Source: a virus
Lineage: Duplodnaviria > Caudoviricetes
Length of the DNA stretch: 26,101 bases
Direction: 5' to 3' (one strand)
IMG/VR virus record: IMGVR_UViG_3300032235_000331
Coordinates: 1 to 26,101 of that record
Positions 25,310 through 26,101 of this stretch are shown here, one piece after another (position 1 is the stretch's first letter; each line of letters starts with the position of its first letter). Both the position numbers and the translations under genes were made by a program. Under the pieces are notes generated by a model, which was given only the letters and a program-made list of their open reading frames with translations, had not been told where the DNA came from and did no database searches.

Positions 25310-25518
25310 CCAACACCAGGGCCCCATCGCTGGGGCCCACCCCACCCGCTGCCGCCCGGGCCCCGGCCTGGGGTGGGGGGGGGGTGGACAGGCCCTGCAT
25401 ATATAGATGTGTCACGGGCCTGGTCATTGCCTCCGTCATTGCCTTCATCCTTGTGACCGCCAGACATGAGAGCACCACACCAACTGTTGATTCAGGCAGC
25501 GGCACGCCTTGCTGCTGA
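25306..25518 (+). CDS. Possible small membrane protein (start uncertain)
   Basis: TM-like segment VTGLVIASVIAFILVTA; may start at GTG 25384. Confidence 0.3.
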   Translation: MTNTRAPSLGPTPPAAARAPAWGGGGVDRPCIYRCVTGLVIASVIAFILVTARHESTTPTVDSGSGTPCC

Positions 25519-25648
25519 CGGACACGTCGACCTGTCTGCTGACATCAGGCAGCTGGCCAATAAGTGGACACCTGAATCTGAAAAGGACCTGATCTCCGGG
25601 TCATCACCCATCCAACTACAACAAACCAATGACCCAAGGACCGACTGA
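25466..25648 (+). CDS. Hypothetical early protein
   Basis: 60-aa helical ORF in the tightly packed early operon. Confidence 0.6.
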   Translation: MRAPHQLLIQAAARLAADGHVDLSADIRQLANKWTPESEKDLISGSSPIQLQQTNDPRTD

Positions 25649-25787
25649 GCTGCAGCTGTGTCAGCTGTATCGAGACTGGTGGAAGGACAGCTATGGCACT
25701 ACGCCCAATAGCCAGGCGACAGTGGTCGCCGCGGCCTTCGCCCGCCATGTACTTAACACGTTTGGAGAACAGAAGACCAATGATTAA
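25629..25787 (+). CDS. Small hypothetical protein (WWxxSYGxxP type)
   Basis: Below the ORF-track cutoff. Manual translation: MTQGPTELQLCQLYRDWWKDSYGTTPNSQATVVAAAFARHVLNTFGEQKTND. Confidence 0.75.
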   Translation: MTQGPTELQLCQLYRDWWKDSYGTTPNSQATVVAAAFARHVLNTFGEQKTND

Positions 25788-25995
25788 CATCACCCGCTAC
25801 AAACTCGACGCTGCATTCGCATCCCTGCGCGAGTTCGATCACCTAGCCAAGCCCGATGACTTCATCGAAGTGTCTCTGTGGCACAACGGTGAAGGCTTTG
25901 ATGCTCACCTGAGCAGTCACGCTGAACAGGCCATCAGGCTTTCGTGGGGAGAGTTCAAGGCCATGAAGAAACTTGTTAAGGAGCTGGACAAGTGA
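25780..25995 (+). CDS. Hypothetical protein
   Basis: ATG at 25780; DFIEVSLWHNGEGFD...LSWGEF motif. Confidence 0.8.
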   Translation: MINITRYKLDAAFASLREFDHLAKPDDFIEVSLWHNGEGFDAHLSSHAEQAIRLSWGEFKAMKKLVKELDK

Positions 25996-26101
25996 CTGAC
26001 CACCCCATCACCCCACCGCCGGAGCTGGTGCAGGAGTGGGCGCAGATACAACCCGTCCACCAAGCGGTTGCAGACCACTGGCAGCACATCGCCACCCGCG
26101 C
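25992..26101 (+). CDS. Hypothetical protein (HPITPPPELVQxW type), partial
   Basis: GTGA overlap; MTDHPITPPPELVQEW...HIATR runs off the window end. Confidence 0.75.
   Translation, partial: MTDHPITPPPELVQEWAQIQPVHQAVADHWQHIATR

Noticed and set aside
1-26101. tRNA, rRNA, integrase, RNA polymerase, introns or inteins
   Set aside because: None recognised; TerL, portal and capsid have normal lengths.

Overview
About 26 kb of a high-GC podovirus with a T7-like (Autographiviridae-type) virion module. The host is probably a freshwater picocyanobacterium (Synechococcus/Cyanobium-like); this is inferred from the small early genes, the endolysin N-terminus and the many leaders lacking a Shine-Dalgarno. 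The minus strand (22947 to 1) carries one packaging/morphogenesis block: wHTH protein, TerS, TerL, hypothetical, M15 endolysin, gp6.5-like, gp6.7-like, portal, small acidic protein, scaffold, major capsid, tail tube A and B, gp13/14/15/16-like internal virion proteins and the start of the tail fibre. A ~900 bp non-coding stretch (22948-23850) holds a perfect DnaA box, heptamer and 17-mer repeats and a T7-like terminal-repeat signature, so it is probably the joined genome ends. Small early genes then run divergently on the plus strand. The most striking feature is the 2518-aa gp16-like ejection protein, which carries ParB/Srx-like, HExxH metallopeptidase and H-Y-E ADP-ribosyltransferase modules and looks like an injected polyvalent host-takeover or anti-defence payload. 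All calls rest on motif recognition and synteny; no searches were run.
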